A DNA stretch of 36,048 nucleotides from Octopus bimaculoides (GCF_001194135.2 NC_068981.1:99542548-99578595); one strand, 5' to 3'; numbered from the stretch's first letter, positions 11,085-23,736 are shown. Program-made: numbers and translations. Notes: generated from the letters alone by a model not told the origin.

Positions 11085-13265
11085 TCATCTCATCATTATT
11101 TTTACATCGTTTTTATCTATGTATAGGTTGAATGGGTCTTTTCAAACACACAATATTGCCAATTTCTTTATTCCTTTGTCATCAATTTTATGAGATTCAT
11201 CCTCTTGAAACTAGCTTTCATGATTCCCACCCATATATATTCTATGTCTGTACAAGCATAATCTTGTCTACTGCATCTTATTTCTCTTATACTTAGTTTT
11301 ACTCTCTGCTCATTTGTGCTTTGTCATTAATGCACACTAATACAATGCATCCAGTGGAGCATACTTACTATATTTCATTCCAGCCTTTGCACATCCTCTG
11401 CATTTAATGCTTATGTTTTTGCCACTATGCAACATAGCACTTTATACACAAGCATCATATAATCTATCCTTCCTTTGAAGACAGAATACTTTTGATGCCA
11501 ACAGAGTTATTAATTATCTAAACTTTTTCCATCCTGTTCTTATTCTGGCTACTATGCTTTCAGAGAACTCTATTCTCCACTAATAATTATGTCACCTGGA
11601 TAACAAAATCTCTACTACTTCTAGGAAGCCTTCTGAGCATTTGAAAGAATTTATTTCATGTTTGCTATTTTTGTGCATCTGCCACATACAAAGTCTTCTT
11701 TTTGCCAGCCTACTTGTGATCCCACTACATCTTGTGTGTACCTGTAGTCTATAGATGGCATATTGTACAGAATTTCTACCTACTCCTCTTCACAACCATT
11801 TCATTATGGCAGTGGCTTCCTATTTCCTTTCCTGCTAATCAAGACTTAGATTTTACTTCCTAATCTGGAATTTATTCACTAAAATTTCTGACAGATTTAA
11901 ATATGAGTGAGGTTATTGGCATGCAGGAATTTCTATTAATAACCAGTCTTAAACTCTATTCTTTTGGCTTGGAGAACTGCAATAAATAGAAGCAAGCTGA
12001 TAATCGAGCCTTAACAAACACCCACCTTCACAGAAAATTACTTACTTCATTTATGTTGACTCTCACTTTACTAATGGCATCACCATATATTGCTTGTACA
12101 GTTCTCACAAGTCATATATTTATACCTAGTTTTTTTTTTAAATACCTTCAAGCTACAGAGTGTAGAACCTTGTTAAATGCTTTCTGCAGATAAGCAAATT
12201 CTAAGTATAATGATTTTTACTTAGTTAAGCCCTTCTCTTGAAGTTGCCTCACTAAGAAGAGAGCGTCTGCCATATCCAGACCTGGTGTAAATCTAAGCTA
12301 ACTTACTTCTTAATGAGTTGATCCACAACTCTTTCTACTACTTTTATAACTTCGTCCTTTAATATGATGCCTCTATAGTTGTTTTGTTCTAAAGCATTGC
12401 CTTCTTTACCTTTATAATAGTTCAAGATTGCCTTTATAATAGTTCAATCATTGTGTATGGCTCCTATCTGTACTTCCTGACTAATTACAAGAGTGACTAA
12501 CTTGAGCCCTACTTCAACATATGTTTTCAGTGTTTTAGTAACTATCCCTGATGGGCCAGCAGTTTACCCTGCTTTTTTATATCCTTAATTGCACTATTGA
12601 CCAGACCACTGTCAACATCAAGAGCTGTCCTTCTGTTGGGTCTGTTTGGGATTGATTTTTTTCCCACCAAACATTCTTCATATTCAGCAACCTCTGACAT
12701 TGACATTCCAAGCCTCTTTCTTCTTGACACTGATGAGTGTAAATGCACCTCTGTCATCCAAACAGTTTTTCCAACAATATTTGCATTCAAACAGACACCC
12801 TTTGATCCTCAAAGAACATCTTCTCTCTGTGCTATGTACACCTGATACCTAGCCACCTGATAATGTTTCTTATACATCCTCTTTTGGAGGATCAGTCTTT
12901 TTCTTAGTTTTTATGATTCTGTCTACTGTACCATTCCACTACCATATCTTCTACCTGGCTGGTACCTTGCTTCTACCACAGATCCTGTCTGTGACTTACA
13001 GCAGGTTTTCTTGTAGAAGTTGCAGTTGTCCTCTGTGTTGTAAATCTCTATCACCTCCTACTCTATGAATCTATGCTTTGCAGAGGGATCTTTCAGTTTT
13101 CACACCTTCCTTCTCTAGATTATCTTGTGTATCTGTGTCCATCTAACTCTTACTCAGAAGCCACTACTTACTAGTTTATACTCTATCCTTCATAGAGAAA
13201 AACTTAGTATTTATAACCATCTATTTATCCTGTTCTAGTCTAACTGGATCACATGTTCCCTTTAT
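11085..13265 (-). mobile_element. Older, more diverged copy of the same RTE family, extending into the EN C-terminus
   Basis: Colinear with 8278-10290 (GVGRNSV...HTRCSGI...FVCGRC; TAGPSGI; KGKEGNALEQNNYRGI). A QYKLV.SGF-like EN end lies near 13170. Confidence 0.85.
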
Positions 13266-13406
13266 TGGCAAGTGATCAAGTGGTTGGCTATTTTCCATAG
13301 CTGAGATGATAAGACATATTGATTTGATGAAGATAAGTTATTTTGCTAATTATTTATGAATAAGCTGAGACTTTATGATTGTTTTGTTATATTTATGAAT
13401 ATATAA

Positions 13407-13440
<34 letters not shown>

Positions 13441-13450
13441 NNNNNNNNNN

Positions 13451-13487
<37 letters not shown>

Positions 13488-13899
13488 TTATGTATTCATA
13501 GTCCATGTTCCTTGCTGGCACTATTAGCAGAGCCTGTTTACAACTTTCAATTATCTAATGTTTTCTTAAAATTTTTCTAGTATATAGATAAAAGATGGGA
13601 TGTGTGTGGGCAGTAGCCATGGTATTTATAAGCCTTTTCAGTGGAATTAATGCAACCATTAAATTTGAACTTTTATATGCTAATGTCAACATTGAAAGTG
13701 TGTGTTGAGAGGGAGTTTGAAAGAGATAATATTCTACGGAGGAAAAGCTGGGAGAAGTACAGTTCCTTCGAGAGAAACAGTAGTAATATGAGGAATAAAA
13801 AATCCCAGCTCATTAGGTGGATTTTGACAGTTTTCTGGAGCAGAAACTGTTACAAGCACAGAATATTAATGAGCTAATTATAGTTTATTAGTGAAAATT

Positions 13900-14600
13900 T
13901 TCCAGGTAGCCAAATGACAATTTTTCTGATGTGTGATTTAAAATATTTGTGAATGTGTGGAGGAGTGAAAGGAAATGTGGCTAAAAGCAAGGGAGGAAGA
14001 GTGATGTCAGGACTGGAAGCAAGCAGAAGTGATATCATGTCGGTATGACTGAGTTCTGCTGATCCTTGTGAAGTGAAAGTGGATACTTTGTTTTGAATTC
14101 ATCTTGAGATAAAAGCTTCCTTAGTTTTGCTTTTCCTTCCACTGAATAGCTCTCCACTCTAGAAATGTGAACAGCGCTCCAATGTGGTCCAGTGCTGAAA
14201 TATTTTCTGGCCTAAAGAAGGCTACTAGATACTGGTTGGCATTTCATTTCAATGGATTTAACTGGTTCAGATTGATCAAAGTCAAATCTGCCCTTAATTC
14301 TTTCAACAGTGTAATGTGTAAGATAAGATCTGTTTAACTGATATTCTTAAATTTACAGGGCAGTCTATCCAGTTCTGGTAATCTGTTCCTTTCACAGTAC
14401 CTTACCATCCATATCTTACACCTGAGAGAATTTTCATACTACTCTTTGTAAGCTTCAAAGTCTATATTGGAAGATCTTAAACATAACCTTTTGGTTAAAT
14501 ATTGTGGGCTTTATTGGGTCTGTCATAGATCACATTGTAGCATTCACACTCTGATGCCTTCACATGAGCCAAGTACATGGTTGTTGAGCCTGCAAGAAAT
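13900..14600 (-). mobile_element. Possible ancient CR1/Jockey-group RT relic
   Basis: Only weak motifs: TTLERCSHF*SG (cf. PxLEYCSxIW) and R*IQNKV. Confidence 0.35.
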
Positions 14601-15150
14601 AGCAACCAAGTTTCCCCTAATCACACCTTATCATCCTAGGAAAATCAGATAAGACAATGTATTCCTAGATGTAAAAAAAGTTGGATGGTAATGTCTGGAA
14701 GCCTTTCCAGGTCAGCTTAATTAGGGTTGATCTGGTGCTAAACACCAATAACAACAATCATATCTGTTATAACATAAGATGAATAATGATATTGTGCTCA
14801 GATAATAACTTTATAAGCAAATGAAGAAAACACTGCAACGATTCCAAACTGAAGTGCAAAATGGCAAAATGTAACTTCAATTGTCCATGATGTAAATGAA
14901 CAATCTGTACCTCAGTCAGTGTGCTAAGTCAAAAAGAGTAAAGCCACAACAATGAGTTCATGTATATCTAACATCACCTCGTAGAGTCCATAGAATGTCC
15001 CACTGGACAAATCGATGTAAACTTTAATAAATGATGTGGGAGTGAAAAACAGCACATGATAGAATTGTGTCCATTGATTGGATGACACTTAATAAACAAT
15101 GCTTTATGTTGAGATAACTGGAGTTGTTGGAATATTTTAGAATGAAAGCA

Positions 15151-15376
15151 TTAACCCTTTAGCATTTAAACCAGCTATATCTATCCAAAATATTCTACCT
15201 GCTTTATGTTCAAACTGGCCAAATCTGGTTCCCTCACACCTCTGCAATGTTATTACAAAAATAAACCATCACATCATCAAACACTTGAAGCTACAAAATA
15301 ATTCATGATTAATTCAAAACAATAGGATTAAATAAGTATTACATTTGACAGAGTAATCTGAATACTAAAGGGTTAA
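15151..15376 (+). mobile_element. piggyBac-type MITE, TTAA-flanked
   Basis: TTAA CCCTTTAGCATT...AATACTAAAGGG TTAA. Confidence 0.9.
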
Positions 15377-16147
15377 CTCACACTATACAGATTTGACTTT
15401 TGGCATCAAAGAAAAGAGCTGTTCTTACAACTATTACTTCTATCACACAACCTTTTCTATAAACTACCATTTCCACTCAATTGCCACATTAGTTTGAGAT
15501 CTGAATAAACACTCAGGTTTAATTGGAACTATTCAACAAATGTCTAGTGAAATCCATAAGCTCTTAATTAGTTTCAGGTAAGAGAACTGTGATAAGTATG
15601 GTTTAAGTAATCAAAACAGATTAAAAGAAGATAGATGGAACCATTAAGAGAATTCCAAGAGACAATCTTTTATACTCAGTTAAGAAGTGGTGAATGATTA
15701 TTCTCAACCAGAACAAAGGGAGGCAATGATGTCATGATTATGAAATAACAAATGTTAGAGTGGTACGTTTCCAAGTGTCGAAAAAAGTGCAAATAGGTAA
15801 GTACTGCATGGGGGAGAGATCTAGCAGAAAAGAATACTGTTCTGTTAAAAGAGAATCAGATGATGCAATGTTCAGCATTGAAAAGAAAGGTGAAAATTGT
15901 GATGATGAAACCAGAATGAATGGCTCATAAAGAGAAATTTAGTAGAATTATAACTCTACAGTCAAGTTTTTAACAACTTAGATAAAAATATATTTCAGAA
16001 GAGCATGGAATAAATAGAGAAAAATAGAAATGACATCAGACTTGTGCAGGGTATATAAAAATAACAGAGAAACAGCTCAACTGCTAGCAAGCGAATACAT
16101 TCTGGGAATTTTGATTATGTGAAAAGCATAACAATGTATTGAATGTT

Positions 16148-16343
16148 TTAACCCATTAGCATTCAGATTACTCTGTTTTAAATTCTTCATGCATTATCTC
16201 ATAGCTTTGAGATTTCAATAATGTAATTGCATATTTTTAGAATGACATTGTAAGGTAGGTGTGAGATGCCAGATCTGGTTGGCCTGAATATAAAATATGA
16301 ATATTTGGACCAGATATGGCTGGTTTAAATGCTAAAGGTTTAA
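16148..16343 (-). mobile_element. Same MITE family, inverted relative to 15151-15376, internally deleted
   Basis: TTAA CCCATTAGCATTCAGATTACTCTG...AAATGCTAAAGGT TTAA; its reverse complement aligns to 15151-15376. Confidence 0.88.
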
Positions 16344-16379
16344 AGCTATTCCAGCTCATATGGAAACATAAGATAGTTT

Positions 16380-16750
16380 CTCAGGACTTCAGACTTCAAG
16401 GATGCTTCCATAATATACTTTTACAAGCACAAAGGAAATTGTCAGGTCTGCAACAACCACTTGGAATGTACCTGCTGTTTGTTGCATGCAATACTCTAGC
16501 TAGAATTCTACTCAATCATCTCATCATACACCTTGAGCAAGTCCTCTTGCCAGGAAGCCAGTGTAGCCTGCAGAAAGAAAGTGAAGCTGTCAACATGGTG
16601 TTTGCTACTAGACAGTCTTTAGGGAGGTGACAGGAATAGGATAGTGGTTTGAGCTCTACATATGTCAGTCTGACCAAGGCCTTTGACACTGTTGGCAAAG
16701 ATAGCCTTTGGTAGATCATGATGTATGACTGTCCCAGGAAATTACCACTG
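16380..16750 (+). mobile_element. RTE (BovB-like) RT fragment
   Basis: DFKDASIIYFYKHKGNCQVCNNH, LARILLNHL...LLPGSQCS, VNMVFATRQ, YVSLTKAFDTV..DSLW. Confidence 0.88.
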
Positions 16751-16850
16751 TTATTATCATCTAACATTAGCTTGTTTTTATGTTGGTGGGAAAAATATGT
16801 GTGTAAATCAAACTTCACCACTGCAAGAAGGTGAAATATAATCTTATTGA

Positions 16851-17295
16851 ATCATCATCGTATTAGTATCTACTTTTCTATGTTTGCATGGGTCAGAGAG
16901 AATTCGATGTGGCAGATTTTCTATGGTCACTCTTCCTGTCACTACCTTTCAAGTGTTTCCTAGTAAGGTAATTTGTCCCCATGGCCTGACATGTTTTCAA
17001 TGAAGATTGGAAATGAAGGATACCGTTTGTATACTGGTAACATTTGCTTACAACAATCCTGTAATGTCAAAAAAAGGAGACACTAACTCACACACATGTA
17101 CACATATACACCCATATATAAATATATATATATATATACAAAAGACTTCTTTCAATGTTTGTCAACCAAATCCACTGTCAATACTTTGATTGACCTACGA
17201 TTATAGTAGAAGAAACTCACCCAAAGTGCTATGCAGTGGAGCTGAATCCAGAACTAAGGTTGGGAAACAAGCATCTTAACTAGATAGCTATGCCT
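16851..17295 (-). mobile_element. SINE with a family-A head and a different, RTE-like 3' body
   Basis: 17130-17295 resembles the family-A head. 16851-17085 starts atcatcatc...ctatgtttgcatgggtc, like the RTE 3' end at 8278-8320. Confidence 0.65.
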
Positions 17296-17511
17296 ACATC
17301 TTTTATGAACTAAAATTAGATATGGATTATTGATGTGGTCTGTCACAGTATGAAAAAAGAAACAAAACCAACCCCAAAAAGCTGCAAGAGAAATTGAGAA
17401 GAAACAAACATCTAGCTAATGATGGGAGTAAAAATGACAAGAAGGTATAAAATACCAATTGTGATTGGTTGTTTCTGAGAGAGTAATGATTAAAGTTTAA
17501 AAGTAGTGAGA

Positions 17512-17894
17512 TACTCTCTTTACTCTTTTACTTGTTTCAGTCATTTGACTGCGGCCATGCTGGAGCACCACCTTTAGTCGAGCAAATTGACCCCAGGACT
17601 TATTCTTTGGAAGCCTAGTACTTATTCTATCGGTTTCTTTTGCCGAACCGCTAAGTAACGGGGACGTAAACACACCACCATCTAGTTGTCAAGCGATGGT
17701 GGGGGGACAAACACAGACACACAAACATATATGATGGGCTTCTTTCAGTTTCCGCCTACCAAATCCACTCACAAGGCTTTGGTCGGCCCGAGGCTATAGT
17801 AGAAGACACTTGCCTAAGGTGCCACGCAGTGGGACTGAACCCGGAACCATGTGGTTCGTATGTAAGCTACTTACCACACAGCCACTCCTGCGCC
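17512..17894 (-). mobile_element. Well-preserved full-length SINE, family A
   Basis: Reverse complement begins ggcgcaggagtggctgtgtggtaag (A box) ... ggttcagtccc (B box) and ends in an aaaagagt-type tail. Confidence 0.95.
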
Positions 17895-18886
17895 GAGTTA
17901 ATTACAGGAAAGAAAGTAGGTGATAAAAGGATATATCCAGTTACAGAAGAGTGTATGGTGTGAAAGTGAATGTTGAGAAAGTTACATGTCTAAACTGTTT
18001 GAAGTGAATCTTCCTGTTTAGCTTCTAGCAGGTTAATAAACATTTTGTAGCCTGACATCTTCTGACCCATTGTGAGACTCAACTAAGGAGATATATGAAA
18101 AGCCAAATAAATAAATTTTAAAAAATGAATAAATAAAAATAAAAAGAATGAGACAAATGAGAAATTTTTCTATAAATATTTTATTCCATACTTGTTGATC
18201 AACAAGAACTTTTAATTTTTTCCATTAAAAGAAAAAAAAAATCCAAAAACGTCACAAAAATGTTTCATAATGTCCCAACAACCTCAGGCCCAGCTGAACA
18301 TTTAAATAACCCTATACTGATTGTCCAGTCATCATTCATGCAGCCTTCAGTATAATCACCACCAACATCACCACCACAGCTACAACCAATGCCATCATCA
18401 TCATCATCATCATCATCATCATTGTTGTCATCGTTGCCAGTGATTTCCAATTTTAACTCGCATCAGAGCAGCATGAATAGCTTCTATTGACTGCATTTTG
18501 AATATGTAACATGCTGATTGTGCCTTGGTATAAAAGCCTGATAAAAACAACCCTGTCTGAGCATATTTGACTATGGTACTGATTTTCTGTAATTATGTTT
18601 GTTTGGACCTATAAGTTAAACCTGGAGTAAATGGTTTACAGATATCAAAACTATGGCAATGATAATATTAACAGAGATGTTGACTACTACTACTATCAAC
18701 ATCAGTCATGCAGCTTAGCCCCACAGCTATTTTGAAATTATTCATCTGAACATATACACATATATTGCTAAATAAGTTCTACTTGAATATATATATATAT
18801 ATCACTTTGTAACTTCTGCTGATTGAATATGTGTATAGGTATATCTATACAAATGTGTGTGTGTGTGTGTGTGTGTNNNNNNNNNN

Positions 18887-18922
<36 letters not shown>

Positions 18923-19209
18923 GAGAGAGAGAGAGAGTCATTGGATAACAGTTATGTGTTCCCTATTATAGATATCACATACTGAGTACATAAGTTAAGT
19001 AATGTCTAAATGCTTGACTTGTTAACTTTAGGTAGATATTAGCATTTAATTGGAGATAAAAAGACTCTTCTCCACTTGTTCTAAGTTGTTATTTAACAAT
19101 CGTCGCACGCTTACACACACAGACACACACACACACACACACGAAAAAGAATATATTTATGAATGCATATACATAATGTATGTATACATACATACATAGC
19201 TTACATATA

Positions 19210-19450
19210 GGGTAATAGGTAAAGACCCCCTTCGGTTAGGGATTACACCTAGAAAGTTACCCTTCAAGGCACAAATCCAGGCAAGGCTGTTTGTGGACGA
19301 CTAGTAGTTGCCCATACATACCAGTCTTCCCTCTCCATTTCACCAATGTTGTCCAAAGGAAAGACAGCTGAGTAAACTGGAGCAACATGAAATAAAGTGT
19401 CTTGCTCAAGAACACACAACCTCACAATTATAAACCTGACACTCTAACCA
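19210..19450 (-). mobile_element. SINE family D: CORE-like module plus a distinct 3' body; head incomplete
   Basis: Reverse complement contains gtgttcttgagcaagacactttatttcatgttgctccagtttactcagctg, shared with 20601-20910. Confidence 0.75.
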
Positions 19451-19454
19451 GCTG

Positions 19455-19879
19455 TGTATCATACTAAATGTATGTACATTGTTGAAAGGCATGCTGCTGT
19501 GGTTTCTGAGAGAAAAAACTCTTCACAGATATGTCTTGGGAATGCAATATATATTGGAGAGAAGTGAACATCATTGCAGCAGTGATTCATGAGAACAACA
19601 AAGGCATTTCACTCTATTTAGGGACTTGTCAATGTTGTGCATCTGTTTGTAACTTGCTAAGGTGAAATTTATGCTTTAACAGTAAGTAATTCATTCACTG
19701 GTATTACAGAAAGCTTATTGGACATTGATAAGGTAAAATACATCTGTGACAAATGGGTGCACAGCATTGACAAGTCCCATGTAGAGTAAAATGCAGTTGT
19801 TTTTCTTGTGGGATTTTTTCTCAGAAAAACCCCACAGAACATGCTTTTCAATAGTGCATAAGACATTTAGTATGATACA
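19455..19879. mobile_element. Foldback / long-TIR element 1
   Basis: Perfect 17-bp outer IR tgtatcatactaaatgt / acatttagtatgataca. Imperfect arms continue to gggacttgtcaatg / cattgacaagtccc. Confidence 0.8.
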
Positions 19880-19935
19880 GAGATGGCTATTTTAATTTAA
19901 TGCTGTTTCTTGTGTGTTCATCAAATATATATATC

Positions 19936-20001
<66 letters not shown>

Positions 20002-20022
20002 CACATAAACTCAAACACACAC

Positions 20023-20600
20023 ATCTTAATGTTTTTAATCTGTTTCAGTCACTTGACAGTGGCCATGCTGGGGCACTGTCTTGAAGAATTTTCAGTNNNN
20101 NNNNNNNNNNNNNNNNNNNNNNNNNNNNNNNNNNNNNNNNNNNNNNNNNNNNNNNNNNNNNNNNNNNNNNNNNNNNNNNNNNNNNNNNNNNNNNNNNNNN
20201 NNNNNNNNNNNNNNNNNNNNNNNNNNNNNNNNNNNNNNNNNNNNNNNNNNNNNNNNNNNNNNNNNNNNNNNNNNNNNNNNNNNNNNNNNNNNNNNNNNNN
20301 NNNNNNNNNNNNNNNNNNNNNNNNNNNNNNNNNNNNNNNNNNNNNNNNNNNNNNNNNNNNNNNNNNNNNNNNNNNNNNNNNNNNNNNNNNNNNNNNNNNN
20401 NNNNNNNNNNNNNNNNNNNNNNNNNNNNNNNNNNNNNNNNNNNTATACAATGGGCTTCTTTCAGTTGCTGTCTACCAAATCCACTCACAAGGTTTTGGTC
20501 AGCCTGAGGCTATAGCAGAAGACACTTACCCAAGGTGCCATGCAGTGGGACTGAACCCAGTACCATGTGGTTGGGAAGCAAGCTTCTTACCACACAGCCA
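20023..20600 (-). mobile_element. SINE family A spanning an assembly gap
   Basis: Tail module at 20023-20096, head module at 20444-20600. Confidence 0.88.
20097..20443. other. Assembly gap (N run); others at 265-274, 13441-13450, 18877-18886, 21450-21459 and 34428-34722
   Basis: N characters. Confidence 1.
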
Positions 20601-20910
20601 GAAAGTGTATGGCTTAATAGTTAGGTTATTCAGCAGACAATCATAAGGTTGTGAGTTTGGTTCTTGGAAGTGCATGGTGTTCTTGAGCAAGACATTTTCT
20701 TTCACATTGCTCCAGTCCACTCAGCTGACAAAAATGAGTTGTACTTGTAAATCAAAGGGCTGGCATTGTCACACCCTGTGCCATGCTGAATCACACTGAG
20801 AACTATGTAAAGGATGTGCTCAGCTGCTTGCTCATTAATTTCATGAGAAGCCTGTTCAATTGATTGATGAATCAACTGGAATGCTCATCATTGTAGCTGA
20901 CAGAGTGCCA
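20601..20910 (+). mobile_element. Mosaic SINE: CORE-like module as in family D plus the 3' body of family B
   Basis: gtgttcttgagcaagacattttctttcacattgctccagtccactcagctg, then aaagggc...tgtcaca...ctgaat...gagaacta...tcaactggaa...gtgcca. Confidence 0.75.
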
Positions 20911-20948
20911 TCATATATGTGTATACACACACATGCACATAAATATAT

Positions 20949-21341
20949 GTGGCAGTGCAATGGCCCAGTGGTTAGGGCAGTGGACTCATGGTCATAGTAT
21001 TGTGGTTTCCATTCCCAGACCGGGTGTTATGAGTGTTTATTGAGCGAAAACACCTAAAGCTCCACGAGGCTCCGGCAGGGGGTGGTGGCGAACCCTGCTG
21101 TACTCTTTCACCACAACTTTCTCTCATTCTTTCTTCCTGTTTCTGTTGTACTTGTATTTCAAAGGGCCAGCCTTGTCACACTGTGTCATGCTGAATATCC
21201 CCGAGAACTACGTTAAGGGTACACGTGTCTGTGGAGTGCTCAGCCACTTGCACGTTAATTTCATGAGCAGGCTGTTCCGTTGATCGGATCAACTGGAACC
21301 TCGACGTCGTAAGCGACGGAATGCCAACAACAACAACAACA
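20949..21341 (+). mobile_element. tRNA-derived SINE family B with an (AAC)n tail and a 12-bp TSD
   Basis: A box tggcccagtgg. TSD acataaatatat at 20937-20948 and 21342-21353. Confidence 0.95.
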
Positions 21342-21416
21342 ACATAAATATATATTCAGTGATGAACAATCCCTTAACTGAACAAGTGAATTCTCATCAT
21401 TGAAATCAATCTGGAT

Positions 21417-21449
<33 letters not shown>

Positions 21450-21459
21450 NNNNNNNNNN

Positions 21460-21495
<36 letters not shown>

Positions 21496-22112
21496 CATAC
21501 ATATATGTGTGTGTAAGGGGAGGGGGATTTGTACATGTATATCATCATCATCATTTAACATACATCTGTGTATATGAGTCTAAGTGAGCATGGGTGTATA
21601 TGGTCATAAAATAAGTCTATGAATTCCTAGACTTGGCTATGTATATGCATGTATGGCACTATTTAGACTGGATTATAATTAATTAATATAGTTATTTACA
21701 AAGTAATTTTCATGTTTTATCAATTAATGCTGAAGTGTGATTTGTCTTTAACAAATAAATAAATAAATAGAAAGGAGAAAATTCCCAAAAGAACATTTTC
21801 TTGGTTTAGCAGCTGCACGATATTGAGATGATTGTGGTCTTATTTCAAGGGTCAATGTTTCATTTCTTTATCTGATTATCATCGCATTTGATACTTTTCC
21901 AGTTTTATGTGAGAATTCTATAGGAACTGACAGCAAATCTCATTACAAATACTTCACATGTTTTTCTTTGGAGAGAAATATTTCTTTACAAGCTCAGAAT
22001 AACCTAATGATATCTCTGTATGTAAACTTAGAGTACTCTGTTTTATGTCACTAATTTGGTAAGCTTACAACTCTGGGTTCACCTTAGTATTAATAGTTTA
22101 TGAGTTCAAATA

Positions 22113-22325
22113 TTAATTGCAAATTTTGGCACAAGGCCAGCAATTTCAGGGAAGGAGTTTAGTTGATTACATTGACCCCAGTGTTCAACGAGCACTTATT
22201 TTATTGACTCTGAAGGGATATAAGGTAAAGTAAACCATGGCAGAATTTGGACTCAGAACACAAAGACAGATGAAAGGCCAGTAAACATTTTGCCCAGTGG
22301 GCTAATGAATCTACCAGCTCGTTGC
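22113..22325 (-). mobile_element. SINE family C (Nin/Deu-domain-like)
   Basis: Reverse complement gives a tRNA-like head, then actttaccttatatcccttcagagtcaataaaataagt...actggggtcaatgtaatc...ggccttgtgccaaaattt. Confidence 0.8.
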
Positions 22326-22807
22326 TTTAATGAGGTCAAATAATGATTGTAAGGATTGTATTTATATGAGAAATAATTTCTGGCAGAAGAACAATGGCTT
22401 TAACATCAGTATAGAAGGAAGAAAAATGGGATATTTTGACAGACGTTACTCTACAGATGTATGTATAGATGTGTGCGTCAGTATGTATATATACTCATAA
22501 AATATATATCATTCACACTAAAATGTAATGTTTAGAAATATGCATGTGCATGTATGTCTGTGCCTATGGTTATGTGTTTATGCATACAAGACACTATTTA
22601 GATCAAATGAAAACTATTAAATACAAGAGATTATTCATTTAGTTACTAAGTGGGACTTCCTAAAGTTTGTTTCCAATTATATTATGGACATACTTCAGCA
22701 GAAACCTATTATCACATCATACAGCCTAACGCAAGAAAATAAGAATGAATAAACAATTAGTTGAGACTTCTGTTAGGTTGGTTGATTTATCTTAGTACCA
22801 GCAAGTG

Positions 22808-22845
<38 letters not shown>

Positions 22846-22879
22846 CATATATACATACATACATACATACATACATACA

Positions 22880-23060
22880 TTCTTTATTCTTTTACTTGTT
22901 TCAATCATATGACTGTGACCATGCTGGAGCACCACCTTAAAGGGTTTTTTAGTCAAAGAAATCAACCTCAGGACTTATTCTTTGTAAGCCTAATACTTAT
23001 TCTATTGGTCTCTTTTGCTGAACTACTAAGTTACGGTGACGTAAACACACACACACACAC
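22880..23060 (-). mobile_element. 3' half of SINE family A
   Basis: Colinear with 17512-17680. Confidence 0.9.
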
Positions 23061-23084
23061 ATAGATATTATACATATGTGAAGG

Positions 23085-23270
23085 ATTTGAAAGAAATAAG
23101 GTGAGTATGCTGGTATGGCCATGTAATATGTGTTGGGTACTCAAAGTAGGTGGTCCCTGTGTAAAAGGAAAATCTAGAAAGACATGGGATGAAGTGGTGA
23201 AAACTTATCTCAAGATGCTGAACCTCACAAAACAGATGACAAACTGTATAGATGAAATCCAAAACCTATC
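23085..23270 (+). mobile_element. RTE ORF C-terminal fragment
   Basis: GKSRKTWDEVVKTYLKMLNLTKQMT matches the C-terminus of the 8278-10290 element. Confidence 0.8.
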
Positions 23271-23461
23271 TTCTCAGGCAAAGATGGCAGAAAGAATGCT
23301 AGTAAGGGGAGTATTGATGGTTTTGATTCTCTTGCAGCATTTGCACCATCTTTGCCCAGGATCCTATCACTGCTTTTATCCTTTCCTCTCCTGTAACCTC
23401 TGACACCCTCCTTCCTCCAACTGCTTCTTACCTCAATATCTGCTGCATTCACACTCTAGGA

Positions 23462-23736
23462 CAGGGGTTTTCAAACTGTGGTCCGCAGACCACAGGGGGT
23501 CTGTGGACAGCAAGTACTTTTTATGGGCAATTTGATTTTATATATGTTTTTTAATCGAAATCTTTTAATTGGCAATAAACTTATTTGTTAAATACTGTTA
23601 AATAAATAAATGTAAAAATATATGTTATTTTAAGCAAATATTTATGTATAAATTTCATAAGCGTTTATAAGGGGGTCCCTAAGGTAAAGCCCGAAATATA
23701 AAGGGGTCCGCAAGTCAAAAAGTTTGAAAACCCCTG
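23462..23736. mobile_element. hAT (Charlie-type) MITE, 275 bp
   Basis: Perfect 16-bp TIR caggggttttcaaact / agtttgaaaacccctg. Perfect 8-bp TSD ctctagga at 23454-23461 and 23737-23744. Confidence 0.96.

Noticed and set aside
14980-15025. Minus-strand VYIDLSSGTFYGLYE candidate exon
   Set aside because: Isolated, with weak splice sites; may be the antisense of a decayed transposon.
18265-18450. Asp-rich ORF
   Set aside because: Product of a (CAT)n microsatellite.
19900-20646. Long ORFs (248, 147, 144 and 133 aa), and 34401-35033 / 34421-34897
   Set aside because: Artefacts of N gaps and microsatellites.
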